Origin: Eledone cirrhosa
Taxonomy: Eukaryota
Direction of reading: 5' to 3'
Length of the DNA: 64,000 bases
Assembly (NCBI GenBank): GCA_964016885.1
Contig: OZ024746.1
Span: 45,012,001 to 45,076,000, forward strand
Shown: piece by piece, positions 1 through 13,795 of the stretch
How the letters are laid out: every line of letters begins with the position of its first letter
Numbering within the stretch: the first letter of the stretch is position 1
Notes under the pieces: generated by a model
Told to the model about the DNA's origin: nothing
The model's database searches: none
What the model saw: the letters and a program-made list of their open reading frames with translations, nothing else
Translations under genes and position numbers: made by a program

Positions 1-416
1 GCAGAGAAAGAAATAGTATATTTGAATGAAATATTACGTAAGGAAAATATCAATATAGAACAAAAAACAAATAACAAATATGAAACCAACAAAAAATAAT
101 ATATCGAATAATATAAACTATATGCTCTGTGAACAGAAACCATCTATATGGATTTTGAGCAAGTATAACGAACAAAAACATGGAGAATACAACAAAACAA
201 AACCTGAGAATACCTCCAACGTCGAAATAAAATTAAATCAAAAACACACAGGCATAATGGAAAGTTCAAAGAACTGAATGTTCTAAATCTGAAAATTCCG
301 ACACATTAAAGTGAAAAATTATTAAATCCGATAGACATGTTTTCTATGACACAACAAAATTCTCACCTAAAGATAAAACTTGATAAAGGAAAAACAATAA
401 AAGTTCTCAAATATAT

Positions 417-478
417 CTTCTTCTTCTTCTTCTTCTTCTTCTTCTTCTTCTTCTTCTTCTTCTTCTTCTTCTTCTTCT
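417..478. repeat. (TTC)n microsatellite, probably the (GAA)n tail of the adjacent minus-strand LINE
   Basis: Pure TTC run directly abutting the 3' end of the RTE-like remnant. Confidence 0.85.
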
Positions 479-479
479 C

Positions 480-990
480 TTTCTTGTCCAATTATTCCTA
501 GGAGAGTCATGGAGGGGGAGTCCTCAAGAACACCTTCTAGCGGGTCTTGTTACAAGCAACCGTCTCCAATTGATCCGAGTTCATTGATGTTATCCAAACG
601 ACTTGTTTGGCGTCTCCCCATGGGTCTCCCCTCGGTCGGCTTTGCCTGTAAAATCTGTCCAGCAATTCTTTCCTGAGACATTCTAACCACATATCCATAA
701 TATCGGAGACAGTGTCTCTCAATTCAGAGAAGTAGTGATTCAATCTGGTAAAACTCTCTGATCTCCTATGAGCTATGTCCTCTATCTATTTTTTCGGTTA
801 TTATCCAAGAGTAGGTACGAATACCGAATTGAAGATAGTGATAGTGAGTTTGGATTTTACACCTACATCCTTTCGTCTGATGAGCGAATGATGAAGCTGG
901 TGCATTACTGCACCATCTCCTGCAATTATTGCACTTAATTCAACCCCTTGCCTTCCATTACTCTTGAACACGTTTCCGAGATACATGAAC
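480..990 (-). mobile_element. Decayed RTE-clade LINE 3' fragment
   Basis: Minus ORFs give 'YLGNVFKSNGR' and 'KSKLTITIFNSVFVPTL', typical of the post-RT region of RTE LINEs; ends in a GAA repeat. Confidence 0.6.
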
Positions 991-1120
991 CAAAAATAAC
1001 TTTATTTGATATTATAATTGATTCATGATTTTCAAATTAATGACCCTCCTTTATTGGTCAAATGTTTTATATGTACCAAAATATATTGCTACTTTGGGCA
1101 TTGCCGGGTACTTCTGCTAG
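990..1120 (+). mobile_element. Helitron 3' terminus remnant
   Basis: GC hairpin remnant GGGCATTGCCGGG followed by TACTTCTG-CTAG|T (CTAG at 1117-1120). The left boundary is approximate. Confidence 0.5.
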
Positions 1121-2722
1121 TGTTTAACTCAAGAAATTGAAACACAAAAGTGAAAGAAGGATTGAAAAAAGAGACCGTAGACAAATAAGATTAATATTTA
1201 AATTGAAATATTCCATTGTGTATATTGGTTATAAATATTATATTTTAGTGTTATGCGTCTGTTATGATGCACTCACCTGGAACTTAAATGAAGTATCAAG
1301 TCTAACAACAGTTAAAATTAAACAAGAATAAAGAACAAAATGTGAATAATAAAACACCAACAATGACACAATAATTACATATTTTATTACCATGAGGAAG
1401 GAGACATAGTGGTGTTCTTCGAAAGGTAAGTGAGAGAACGACTATGCAGTAGATATGGATAAATAAAGAGTGGAATTATATGAGTTCATAGGCTTGAAGT
1501 GTACAGTGCTTCCAGTAAAGATATGATGATGTGGGTTTGAAGATATATCTGAAGTGTTTTACCTGGCTTGTATTGAATTACTAGCAGAGCTGTCATTCAG
1601 AAACTGAAGTGGAAAGCAGTGAAATCATCATCAAGGTTATCGCACAGTATGTAAGAAGACCATAGCTAAAATTATTCGAACAATTTACTTGTTATATGAT
1701 TGGCCCACTTATAGTGACATTTAGTTTCATAGAAAAAAGCCTAATGAAAAATTACCAAAAACAAAGCGGATCGGTAATATTGGATGGACCATCACTATTG
1801 GAAAGAGCCAATGTCGTAATTCTATCCAGTCCAATGTTGATGCAGCGTATAAGCTACCATGCAAGCTCTATGTAAATTATACAAAATAACTAATCCAAGG
1901 AAAAGAACACAAATACATACAGATATGTTGTTCAGTGAGAGACATAAACACAGGACAGAGATTGAAGTATTAAATTACGGAAGGAATAAATAGTAATAGT
2001 AAATATTTAAGAAAAGTAAAGTTGAACGTTAAATACATGTTAATAGTTTAGTCAAAATAACTAATAGATGACCAGTACAAGAGAGACTTGGGCAAATCAG
2101 AAATAGAACTATATAGTTCCATTACAATATACAACTCAAAACTAAGATCTAAGATCTAACGGATATTTTTCTAACGCTGATCAAGACAAATGCATTTCCC
2201 CGAAATATAAGGACGCAGTATATAACGAAAGGTCATATCAGAATATATGGAGGTAGCAAAGAAATAATTCTATCGCATCATTTATGGTCGTTTTATCTAA
2301 GCCAATATGTTATGCATAAATGGACATGATCGTATGGTAAGTTTCATGAACTAGAAATTATGTCAGTATTATAAAATATGAAGACAGAGGAGAGATAGTG
2401 CAACCGATATTACAATAATATCAGAGAATGACAAGTAGAATATGCTCTGGGATATGTTGATCCAGAAGGATGGAGGGGAGAAGGAAAATCATTTCTTCAA
2501 AATTTTCAAATACAACTTGGTAAATAAATGTTTAGTAGAAGACGAATCAATTCCAACGAACAACATTGTGTACAGGAGACAGAGAGCTCGTTTCCCTATA
2601 GAGGCAGCTGACCACTTTTTTCTGACTGTGCGGATCTTTTACCCAATTCTCTAAATATATTAGTATCTGTAGCGATTCTGTATTTGGGTTTCAACTTTTC
2701 AAATTTTTATATATATATATAT

Positions 2723-5120
2723 TAGAGTGTGCCATAAAAAGAAAGGTCACAATACTAACGCTCCCTGGGTATTTTCCCATTACAAATGCCCCAATTGGTA
2801 AAATAAAACATATTTTGTATAAAATAAATGATTTTGAGTCTTGCCTATATCATGGTTATTATAGTCGAAAGTGTGATTATGTTGTATGAAATTATGAAAA
2901 TATGATCATACAATAATTGTTTATTTTATTAATCCATTATATTTAGTAAACCAGATTTGAATATAAAGGCGTACAAGGAAGAAATAAATTCAGTTAAGTT
3001 AACTCCAGTCATATTTTTTTCAGAGTTTCTTTTTTGAAATCCGGGACCTTGCGACGATGAGCTTCGACTACTTGAAGAACACACTGCTTCTCCTCCTCAT
3101 TCTTGGTGATGGCAACAAAATCAGTTATCAACTTGACTGCTCTCTTCGCAAGATCGTTGACTACCTTGATATTGTGAACAACAGCACAGGCGTTTTGATA
3201 TGACGCTTGTGATAACCAAGTTGCAGGTGACAGCTCAAGCCAAGTATCGCCGAGACCAAGGAGATCGAACAAAAGCCTTGATTTCTTCCCAACTAGATGA
3301 GGCAGCTTCGTGGACGACTTCAACTCGGGAACTACTGGAGCACCACGGTCAAGAGGCCCAGACGTTTTCGTTTTGATAAGACGTTGGGCTATTTGTTTCT
3401 TCTCGGACTCTTGGACCCGACTTGAAAACAGCGCTAGCGGAATGGCTTCCTCCGTCAGGTACCAAAGATGCCTGCTCAGAGCAGTAGTGGCCGTCTGCGG
3501 GAGATCTCTGTCAACCTTACTGTACTGTGTCAACTCCACATAGAATTGAAGGTCATTGGATGGTGCATCAGCAAACGTAACTGTTGTCAGCCAGTATCGC
3601 ACGTAGAACAGAGCATTGAACATACAGATCCAGCGCAACTTTTCCATTTTAGCTTGATCATAATTGAGTCGCTCACCAAATGCATACATCTTTACACTAT
3701 AGATGATTGTGGACATCCACCGAGCGTTCTGATGTGCACCAGGCAGCATCCAATAAATTCCACGAGGAGGGGTGAGACCAAGCATGATCAACATCAACTC
3801 GGCACATTCTCAGTAGTCGTCCCGTGGAAGAGAACTCATTTTCTCATCGTCGGATGTCAGCAAATCCTGGAGGAACTTGATGTTCTCAGAACACAGACGC
3901 TTGAGTCTCCGGTCGCCAATGTTCAATGTTTAAAGTTGGTCTTGTCCGTGAGTGACACCCAATCTTTTTTGAACTCCTTGAACTCTAGGGTGTCTGCTCC
4001 GAATAGTTGTTGCCACACTGCACACAAGAAACGCTCCATGACATGGTGCCGACAAGCAAAATAAAACACCTTTTTGTTGAGCATCTCTTCTAGTTTCACG
4101 CAGGCACCATTTTTCCATCCAGAATTCGAAGCAGTTGTGTCGAAGACCAAGCCTCCACAGATAAATCAACATTCCAATCTTTAACAAGATCAAATGATGC
4201 TTTGGCTTGGGTGGTTCCAGTGCCATCAGGAATTATGGGAACACCGAGGAGTTTACCTTCTCTGAAGTCCGGAGTTCCAGCAACTAGCACACCTAGCCTC
4301 TCGTGGTCACCAGGAATTATTTTGCCATCCCAATGCAAGGTAACAAAGTCTGGTACTGAAAATTGTTCCTTCGTGTGTTCAGCCACCACAGTTCTGATCT
4401 TCTTAGCTGCACGTCTGCTATAATTCTTGGAGAGAGTTGTGGCGTCTATGTCATTCCCATCCTCAGAAATAATAGATGCCATAAATGCTGTTCTCTGGCC
4501 CAGTGTCAGGTTTAAACGAACAGCCATTAGAGAAATTTTTGGACTTTTAAATGGATTCTTTGGGAGTTCCAGCTGAATTGTTCGTTTCTTGTCTGACTTT
4601 CAGCTGTCTCTGGGTGGGTTTGAGGCCTGAAATTCAGGATCCTGTTCATCTTCAGTTCCATCATTGGTTGAACTTGAATCACTCAGTTCATTACGTGGAA
4701 GTTGTGCTGCTGTAGATCCTGACAAACACTTTCTATGGTTCTCTGACTCTCGACGAGCCACAGAAACCTGATCACGCTTAAACTTTGAAGATACTTTTTT
4801 CTGGTAATCCTTGTCTTCAGCACCCAGAGATACCTTTTTCTGGCAATGCAGGGCTTCGATAAATGTAGCATCTTCAATTTTCTCTTCATTATTACGAAGA
4901 CTGTCTTTCAAAATGTTCTTTTCAACATCAATATATGCAATGTAGAAATACGAATCCAATTCAGAAATAAATAGTGCTTCCTTTTCTTTGTTTAACTTAG
5001 AACTTTTGTTTTATTTGTAAATTTCTGTATTCACTGTACATGTTCATAATTTTCAGTTTCACTTTGTCTTTTCGTTGAGTCACCACACCAGCCACTGACT
5101 AACTACTTCCATCACAAGCC
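2723..5120 (-). mobile_element. Decayed hAT-superfamily (hATm-type) DNA transposon with frameshifted transposase
   Basis: Consecutive minus ORFs carry LHWDGK, FDTTASNSG, FACRHH (CxxH), NARWM, RHLWYL and VVNDLAKRAVKL. A TAGAGTG terminus lies at 2723 next to (TA)n; the other terminus was not found. The hATm label is from recall of motifs and termini. Confidence 0.8.
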
Positions 5121-5174
5121 TATCCGCAATAGGAGTAGCTGACAGACAGACATTTTCTGTTTTAGATATATAGA

Positions 5175-6129
5175 CTAGCAGAAAACCACCCGGTGGGCGG
5201 TTTTCTGCTAGCAAATCTAGTGTATATACTGATATTGTTGAGATTTGGATGAGAAATGTTTTCGGCACCACATGTTCACAGTCTCTCGGTGTGTCTTTTA
5301 TGCATGTATACATATATATGTTATCTATACGGTGAAATCTTTGAAATGTTAAAACGAAAAAGGAGAAAATAAATAACTCGCGGTTAGAAAAAAATATTCC
5401 TATGAAATTTTAATCATACCATTAGGTGTGAATAAGGAATATTTTTTTGTTGTCAAAACAAATGTTCAAAAGTTAAACTTCAATTTTTTTAATTATTTCC
5501 AATTTTTTCATGAAATTGAACACTGGACATTGGCTGCTGGAAATGGAAATTAAATCGTATTTAATCGTATTTAAATTTCTAACTTTATTTTATTATTTAT
5601 ATTTTTTCAATAAGTAATAAAAAAAAACAACAAAAAAAATTGAACAAAAAAATTGAACAAATCAAACGTAGGTTATGGAACTGCACAATCTGATTAATAA
5701 ATTACCTCATCAGCAGCAACCTTCTTCAAATGGTCCTTATTATCAGCAGCAACAACCACAAATTCAATGGCAACATTCTTCAAATGTTCCTTATTATCAG
5801 CAGCAACAACCACAAATTCAATGGCAACCTTCTTCGCATGGTGTCAAGTCAGAACCGCCTCGAACTGGTTACTTCTGGCTTGTGCAAGGTGTCTCTATAG
5901 CAACCAGCGATTCCCTCGGCCTCAGTGACCAAAGTCAATGGAGAGGGGAAGGTAATATTTCTGTAGCACGTGTTTTAGCGTCTATTCACTCTCTCTCTCT
6001 CCCTCTCTCCCTCCTGCTATCCCCCTCTCGTAGTCTGTCTCTTTCTTTCACTCTCACTCTCTCTCTACGTACGTGTTTCCACTGTCGGACAGACAGACAG
6101 AGAAATTGCTGGTTATATATATAAGTAGA
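5175..6129 (-). mobile_element. Non-autonomous Helitron-like element
   Basis: On the minus strand it starts A|TCTACTTATATATATAACC...CTGTCTGTCTGTCC (6129) and ends in a GC hairpin plus TTTTCTG-CTAG|T (5175). Confidence 0.55.
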
Positions 6130-6139
6130 TTAATTAATT

Positions 6140-7250
6140 AATTTATTATTGTCTCTGTCTCTGCGCATGCGTTTGCGTGTGTGTATAATGTTTGGTGTGC
6201 GTGTTCCCTTTTTGATTTTTTATTCTATCTTTGTTCACTAGTGTGTGTTTATGTGTTTGTTATTATTGTACTTGTGCACATATTTATTTATTTATATTTA
6301 TATTAAGTCAGTATTGTTTGTTTGAGTATGGTTGTTGTTGTTATTTCATTCGTTCCTTCTGTTCAACTTCGGTCTTCTTGGTTCTATCTCAGCTGCTTCC
6401 CTGATTTGCCTACCTGTTGAGTCATTTCTATGCTCATTTCTATGCTTAGATATTATTTTAATTTCTATGTTGTCTATATTACCGCCATGTCTTTGTCTGA
6501 CGTGTTCGTATAGTACTGAACCGTTTTTTTTCCTTTTAGTTGTTCCCCCCAGTGTTGGTATATTCTTTTTCCTATGCTTCGAGCTGTCTCACCTATGTTA
6601 TGCGTTGTCATGTTTCTGAAAGTACCCTCTGTACATCTTATGCTATAGACTACATTTCTAGTTTTACAATTTATCTGGGGGTTCATTTTACATATATCAC
6701 ATTTCTTATTTGCACAGTGGGTTTTCTTAAGGGGCATATCTTGCTGATCAGGGATTTTATGGTAGTTCCTAGCTTTTCTACCACTTTAATCTTTAAATGG
6801 GTCTTTCTTAGGGCCTTTCTATATTGGTTAGCTTGAACACCCATAATAATATCTAAGCATAGAAATGTCTCAACAGATAGGCAAATCAGAGAAGCAACTG
6901 CGATAGAACTAAGAAGACCGAAGTTGAACAGAAAGAACGAATGGAATAACAACAACAACCATACCCAAACAAACAATACTGACTTAAGGGAAATATAAAT
7001 AAATAAATAAATATGTACACAAATACATATAAACAACAATCACATAAACAACAAACACACTAATGAACAAAGATAGAATAAAAAAACAAAAACACATATA
7101 CACAAACGTGAACACACACGCAAATGCATGCGCAGAGACAGAGCCAAGAAGAAATAAATAAATTTAAAAAAAAAATGATACAGAAGCGAAAACCAACCCA
7201 AACCAAAGTGTGTTCTGTTATTATTTCTGGCAATATGTGCATACACTTAC
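6140..7250 (-). mobile_element. 5'-truncated Penelope-like element (GIY-YIG end plus inverted 3' copy); relative of 39121-44061
   Basis: ORF 6474-6737 'CKTRNVVYSIRCTEG...IGETARS' matches the end of ORF 39932-40936. 6840-7150 is an inverted copy of ~6140-6460. Confidence 0.85.
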
Positions 7251-7263
7251 CAGATTTCCTTCG

Positions 7264-7301
<38 letters not shown>

Positions 7302-7304
<3 letters not shown>

Positions 7305-7650
7305 AGTTGCCCCCTCGTCATCGAGTATGGCCATCGCACGATATACCATTATTAATAATTATTAATTAATTCTATTGTGCAATGCCTGTGCGTGAAGATA
7401 TTTTTTAAAGTGAGGAAAGACTGTGCACTGAACCAATCCCACTCTCTGAGCAACAGTAGCTATACCCCGAAAAGAAAAAAAATCAACATCATCGGTAACT
7501 ACTGAGCCGCAGGTTTTATATCGGAGTTGTCCCAGTTTCTTGAGTTGCCTTCTCCTAGAAGAAAGCCCTGACAAATCCTAGGGGTCCTTTCCTCCCAGTG
7601 GTTTAACCGCGCGATCGGGTGTCCAGCCATATTATTTCTATGTCCCCGCG
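7302..7650 (-). mobile_element. RTE-related 3'-end fragment
   Basis: Shares 'TCATCGAGTATGGCCAT' and 'TGCCTGTGCG...TGCAC..A.CCA.TCCCACTCT' with the RTE ends at 48640-49390. Confidence 0.5.
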
Positions 7651-7778
7651 TATATACATACACATGCACCCATGTATATACACATATATATATACATATG
7701 TACATGTGCATATACATATTTACACATTTTCGGATGGCCGTTGACTCTAATGAGTTCTTCCGCCCTTTGTCAGGTTTT

Positions 7779-7833
<55 letters not shown>

Positions 7834-8644
7834 AGGAAAGAGAGACGAGAAAGTTATAGATGCTAAATAGATTTGTAAGCTATAGAGAACATATCTAAGT
7901 TTAAATACCTGAAAACGTAAATATCTTCAATGCAAGATTAAAAAGAGAAGTAAATCCCATACTAATAGCTGCCTTGGGAAAGATGAAAATGGAATAAAAA
8001 TGAATATATAAACAAAACACCAGAACTTACTAACATACACATTGTATGGAAAAATGACTATTAGGTAAATATATTACGTTCTTCAAAACGAAAACACAAA
8101 ACAGAACAACACTCTTATCAAACGCAAGGCTAAAATAATAAAATAAGATTAATTGAAATGATAAACATTATAATTTCTGACTACAAACGATTTCCGGTAC
8201 GATTTACCACTAATAAATTAGGACTTTGGTTATAAATATTTGATTTGTGGGAAATGGACAATGATTGACTACGTTGGTCACTATACTTGATGGTATTTTT
8301 GTTATCCGCCTGTAGGGAGAAAAAGCGAGTAAAATAGTAGCAGTATGTACAATCACAAACATAAAGGACGCAATTAAATACTCCAAAGTATTTTGTCTAC
8401 CGATTTTCGTATTCAATGCCGTTCCTAAAAGTAACGAATGTTTTTCGACTTTGGCTTAAGGACACTGATTTTGGAAGATGACATTAATCGATTGAATGAA
8501 TTCATTCATTAATAGCGAGGGGGGGGGGGGTGAAGCGCAATATAGATATTGTTGTGTTTGAAATCAGAATGGAAATTCAAATACATCAAGCACTGTTCTA
8601 ATTTCGTTATCAACCGCACTAGATAATAGTAATTATAATAATAC

Positions 8645-9540
8645 TTATTTGACACGAGAGCCGACATATAGGGAACAATACAAAAACATGGAGAGTATGG
8701 CTTTATAAAAATTCAAGTAAAGAGACTACAATACTTTACATAACAATGAAATTCTCCGATATAGGGATTATCACCCAGGGTTGACTCAGGAATGCCACAA
8801 TCCTTAACCACCCTGCTTGCAAATACCTCTCATCGCCAAACTACCCAGCCTACAAGCGCATGGTCAGAGTAGGCCCATTAAAATGGCCCATTATCTCTAC
8901 ATTCATCCATTTTAAGACAAATGTCTTGGAGACATCACTTCCCTCTTCACCCTCACCCTCTTCCCTTAACGGAACTTGAAAACGTTGATTGGCTGAAGAA
9001 GAAAGTGTCTTGTCTTCAGTTCTTTCAGCAGCATCTACCACACAACCTATTTCGCTACAGCCACTAGGCAGGGGAAAATGATCATTTCTGATTGGGGACA
9101 GCTTATGCATTCCCTGTCAGCTCGTCTAATAAAATGCCAATCTTGATATAATCTAGATGACCTTGTGCGATTACTATATATCCATATTTGGTATTTGAGA
9201 AATCTTGTCGGTACCTGACAAATAGATAAAACAATCTGATCAGTTATTTTGTCAACACCTTTTTATCAGCTATTCCAACACAGTCGTTTCCTGCGCCCAA
9301 GATTCCGTTCTCATTCCTCCACTAACAGCAAAGTTTGATACGATCCAAAAAAGGTTTCCAGAAACCTGAATAAATCTGGCCGTTCTGCCCCATCGGGGTA
9401 TAGATGGTCATCAGTCTGAAAGCACAACCTCTCTTGTTCATGTCCTTGATCACCAGTCCTGGCCTTTCCGAAACTAAACTCCGATTCTGCCTCAAAGTCG
9501 AGGACGACTAGATGATGCACAGATCTCATTCGCAAAATAT
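8645..9540 (-). mobile_element. Decayed Tx1/L1-like LINE 3' portion
   Basis: Minus-strand translation near 8900-8990 resembles the C-terminus 'FFKFHLKRKIWLERQVLSSSRFVERW' of the copy at 35130-35210. Confidence 0.5.
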
Positions 9541-10379
9541 AGGCTCTTGTCTAGTGCACATGTATCGGAAAATTAATGTCATTTTGAAAGAAATCGTTGA
9601 TAAAACAATAAACATATTCTCAAATAGAAAAGCTTCCTTTTAAGACCACACATTTAAGGATGTTTTTTTCGTAAACAACAACAACAATAATAATTGGTGT
9701 TATCCCTAACATTATACGATGGAAAATGAGAATGATAACCTTACCAGAGATGAGGAAAATCTTTAATCTAATATTTTAAATTTAAACAATATTAAACGAT
9801 ATATATTGCACATAAAATGAAAATAAATGATCTGGCATATATCTTATGTGGAAGATTATAAACTATATGCAATAAATAATGTTCACTTGAAATAAGGTTG
9901 TTCAAGTATGTAACAGAGAACTGTGAGTTTAGGAAATGTCAAGATAAGATTAAACGGAGGATCTTCGGTGAAACATGCGACTTAATGCGAGATAAGCAAA
10001 ACGAGGTGGATCTTAACTTTGCTTATACGTTATAAATTAATCTTCCCAAGAGAAAATGTTTTTTATATTCAATAGAAGAGTAATAAATCGGCCCTTTTAT
10101 ATATAATACAGATTATTGTGTAAAGGGTAGTGGCAAAAACTCTTGAATATTTATAATATGTGATTATAAACATCCTGGTTTGAAAAGAGCCAAGAAAAGC
10201 AATATTATAAATGAATTACATCCCAGTCAGACAAAATTAAGTGATTACAAGAGTGATATGCAATAATATATTAACTGTGACAGTAATGCGTTATCTTAAA
10301 AGGAATCCATTGGTAGTTTAAACTAATTTATAGTATTGGTTAGTGAGAAAGCAAGTTGCTGACAAAATCTAGATAGGAA

Positions 10380-10628
10380 ATATTGTTTATCAATATCGAA
10401 ACAAATATTTATTATAACAGGATAAAGAGAAACGAGAATTCTACAAATTTTAATAGTAATATGAAATAATTATATTAACTAGTATGAAAATGTATATCGC
10501 GAAGCAATGTTTATTCGTTTTCATACTAGTTAATATAATTATTTCATATTACTATTAAAATTTGTAGAATTCTCGTTTCTCTTTATCCTGTTATAATAAA
10601 TATTTGTTTCGATATTTATAAACAATAT
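10380..10628. repeat. Near-perfect inverted repeat, ~110-bp arms with a ~27-bp spacer
   Basis: 10380-10490 is the reverse complement of 10518-10628. Confidence 0.95.
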
Positions 10629-10654
10629 ATATACATATGCGTGTATATACATAT

Positions 10655-10980
10655 GGTGGATGGATGCTACACGAGAATGCTGAGGAAGACTCTGAACATT
10701 AATCAGTATACACTGAGGATGAAGAACTCAGAGCTGTATGGGAGTCTCCAAAAAGTCAGTTCGAGAGTGGCACAGAGGAGATTGAGGTTAGCTTGACATC
10801 CTCACTGACATCCAGAGTTGATACTGCACTGAGTGCTCCTGTGGGATCCCCTGCATGGACACACTGGTCCTAAGGGCAGACACTGATTTCTTGGAGATGC
10901 AGAACATGACAACGATAATGAGGGACAGGGACCGCTGGAGAGAACTCGTCCATGGATCTCGGGAATTTTACCCGCCCTAG
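10655..10980 (+). mobile_element. RTE-like LINE fragment
   Basis: Reads 'DGCYTRMLRKTLNI', typical of the RTE C-terminal region; probably joined to an inverted piece. Confidence 0.5.
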
Positions 10981-10988
10981 ACATATAG

Positions 10989-11032
<44 letters not shown>

Positions 11033-11033
<1 letters not shown>

Positions 11034-11159
11034 AATGAAGTAATTCCGTCGGAAAAGTCCAGGAAAAAAGAGTGCTCTATGTAGGTAACAGAGCTTAAGC
11101 ACTCTTTTTTCCTGGACTTTTCTGACGAATGAAATAATTGCCTTATGTTGTTTATTACA

Positions 11160-11166
<7 letters not shown>
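11033..11166. mobile_element. Short fold-back repeat, same family as 38809-39105
   Basis: Shares 'AAGCTCTGTTACCTACATAGAGCACTCTTTTTTCCTGGA' (inverted) and 'TTATGTTGTTTATTACATAACTA'; flanked by (TA)n. Confidence 0.75.
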
Positions 11167-11250
<84 letters not shown>

Positions 11251-11265
11251 AGAGAGAGAGAGAGG

Positions 11266-11317
<52 letters not shown>

Positions 11318-12579
11318 TAAAATATTCATGAGCTAAGTCTGGTAAAGAGGAAATCTCCTAAGGTCTATCAGAAAGTCATCTTAATAACTTATCAATATAA
11401 CACACTCACATACACCGACTAGATTAAAGAGAAAACACATATCAGTGAAAACAATAAGGTTTAGGGTGCTATATAATTCTGTGAAGCTTCTGCCTACAAG
11501 TTTAAATCATATAAAATAAGCTAAATGAGATATAAAATCAGGCTCTGGGAAACATCTATTCTAAGATTACTAACAATAATGATAAAAGCCAACAATGAAG
11601 TTATTCGAACAGCCTCTATTAGAGATGCTAGAAGTATGCACCAAATCCATCTTAAATGGAATTTCACACATAATGTTGGCTTAGAAATAGTTTGGAACGC
11701 TTACTGCTCGGATGATTTTGATCAATGTTTGATCGAACAAGACTGGCCTAACTATAAACAGCTACAATTAACACGGATACTAATCTTATAAATATATTAC
11801 AATTTTTCAATACTTCCTCATTTCGTCGATTCCATTTTACTACAGAGAGATGTATGTAAGCACACAATAAAAAGAATAAACTGTATCTTATTCAGGCAGC
11901 TATTTCATTTTTGCCCCACTTTCTGCCCATCTCTGATAACAGCCCAGGTTAGAAACCTTTATTCGAGATTGCTGTAATCTAAGAAACGTGATATTGAGTA
12001 GAGAATAGTATTGTTGATTCTGGCAAAAAGCAAGTACTACAATGATGTTTTAATAATATTTTATCGAAATATCAATTTGTTGCACTGATATTGATAATGA
12101 CTGTAGAGACAAACTATGTTCATATTGTAGTAGTAATGGTTAGTTGGTTTGCATACTTAATGCATATAGTCTGTCTGATATTTATATAATTATATTAATG
12201 ACATGGGAGAACAATGCAGCTTTACACGATAAAAAAGAAATAAACGTCTTAACAGAATGTTTCATGTAGTTTATTATCAAATAACATTCTAGAATACCTT
12301 TACAACCTTCGGGGTAAATATGTTAACAAACAATATTAGACAGCCTGGCTTTTTAAAATGTCTGGCTTACTGCATTTATGATACAAACGTTTTGAAAGCA
12401 TAAACAATCACTCATCTATACACTTCTACACAAAGATACACATATATTTACGTAGGTTTATAGTTACACATACTAGTTTCCTTCAATCATCAGTCCTTGT
12501 TTGTAGCATTTTGCATTGGCTTATGTATACATAAGCATACACACATACACATATGCATATATACTCAAATGTATATATA

Positions 12580-12667
<88 letters not shown>

Positions 12668-12668
<1 letters not shown>

Positions 12669-12860
12669 GAAAAAGTCAGGTCCTGGCTCTTTTCCTATTA
12701 CCCACTCTACTACCCTAAGTATCGAGTATTCTGGTGCATTATGGTCCACCTGATATGTCCGAAACGTTAAGACCCTATTCCTGCTACATCAAGTGTTAAC
12801 CTAATATATCCCTTCCTAATACTGTAGCTATTGTGTTGTTATTTCTGTTTATCTTTTACA
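12668..12860. mobile_element. Dispersed repeat in (TA)n; copies at 23697-23797 and 36660-36874
   Basis: Shared 'CTTTTCCTATTACCCACTCTACTACCCTAAGTAT.GAGTA.TCTGGTGC.TTATGGTCCA'. Confidence 0.7.
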
Positions 12861-12880
12861 TACATTTATATATATATATA

Positions 12881-13070
12881 ATAATTGTTTCTACATTTAG
12901 GCACAAGGTTAGCAATTACCCAGTACATTAGTGGTACTTTATTTTATCGACCCCATAAGGATGAAAGGCAAAGTTAACCTCGGCGGGATTTGAACTCAGA
13001 TTGTAAAGGGACGTAACTATGCTAGAAAGCATGGCGTCCAACCCCCTACCGATACTGCCAATTCACCGCC
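12881..13070 (-). mobile_element. tRNA-derived SINE
   Basis: Minus strand has GGCGGTGAATTGGCAG head, GAGTTCAAATCCC B-box and the core TTTGCCTTTCATCCTTATGGGGTCGATAAAATAAAGTACC. Confidence 0.9.
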
Positions 13071-13232
13071 ATATATATAATAATATACATGGAAATCACT
13101 TTGAAGATATCTATATGTTAATAAGCAGACAATGTTAGTCTGGTTAGTCTCCTATAATATACCGATCATTTCGCTAATAGTGAAGCTTAAAAGCATCACA
13201 TGTACAGAAAAAAATTACAATATAATCGTACC

Positions 13233-13267
<35 letters not shown>

Positions 13268-13283
13268 ATGTTTGTGTGTGTGT

Positions 13284-13322
<39 letters not shown>

Positions 13323-13389
13323 GGTGGGTGCGTGCGTGTGCGTGTGTTTATGCGTGTGTGTCATGAATCATGATTAATGTTAGAAAAAA

Positions 13390-13795
13390 ACGATATCGAA
13401 TACAAATGTCGGAAATGAGGTTTCTTCAAAGAGTCTTTGGAGTAACGTAACACGGTAGGGCGTGTAGATCCGAAATCAAGGAGTTGCTCCAGGTAGAAAC
13501 TCATTTTTTCTGTATCATCTTTAGATCTCAGCTTCAGTACTACGAGTATGGGATTAAAGTGTCTAAGGAAAGACTCGTTGAAGAGATATTACTGGCAACA
13601 CCAATTGATAGAAGATTCAAAGCTAGATCCCGAGCAAGATAATTGGATAATATCCATAGGTTCGATTGCCCTCATTTGTACATTCAAAAGGATCATTTGT
13701 AGACATTTGTTTTTGCTAGGTCTCTCTGGAAGGCGTGTCGCACGATGCTGCCCATAGGACCTCTTCAGGAATAAACGAGCGAAGACAAAGAAGAA
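13390..13795 (+). mobile_element. Decayed RTE-clade LINE 3' fragment
   Basis: Reads 'RIQMSEMRFLQRVFGVT', resembling the RTE 'AEMRFLRR' motif. Confidence 0.55.

Noticed and set aside
12743-12774. CTGATAT-gtcc-GAAACGTT motif
   Set aside because: Lacks G8/A9 and stem I is interrupted.
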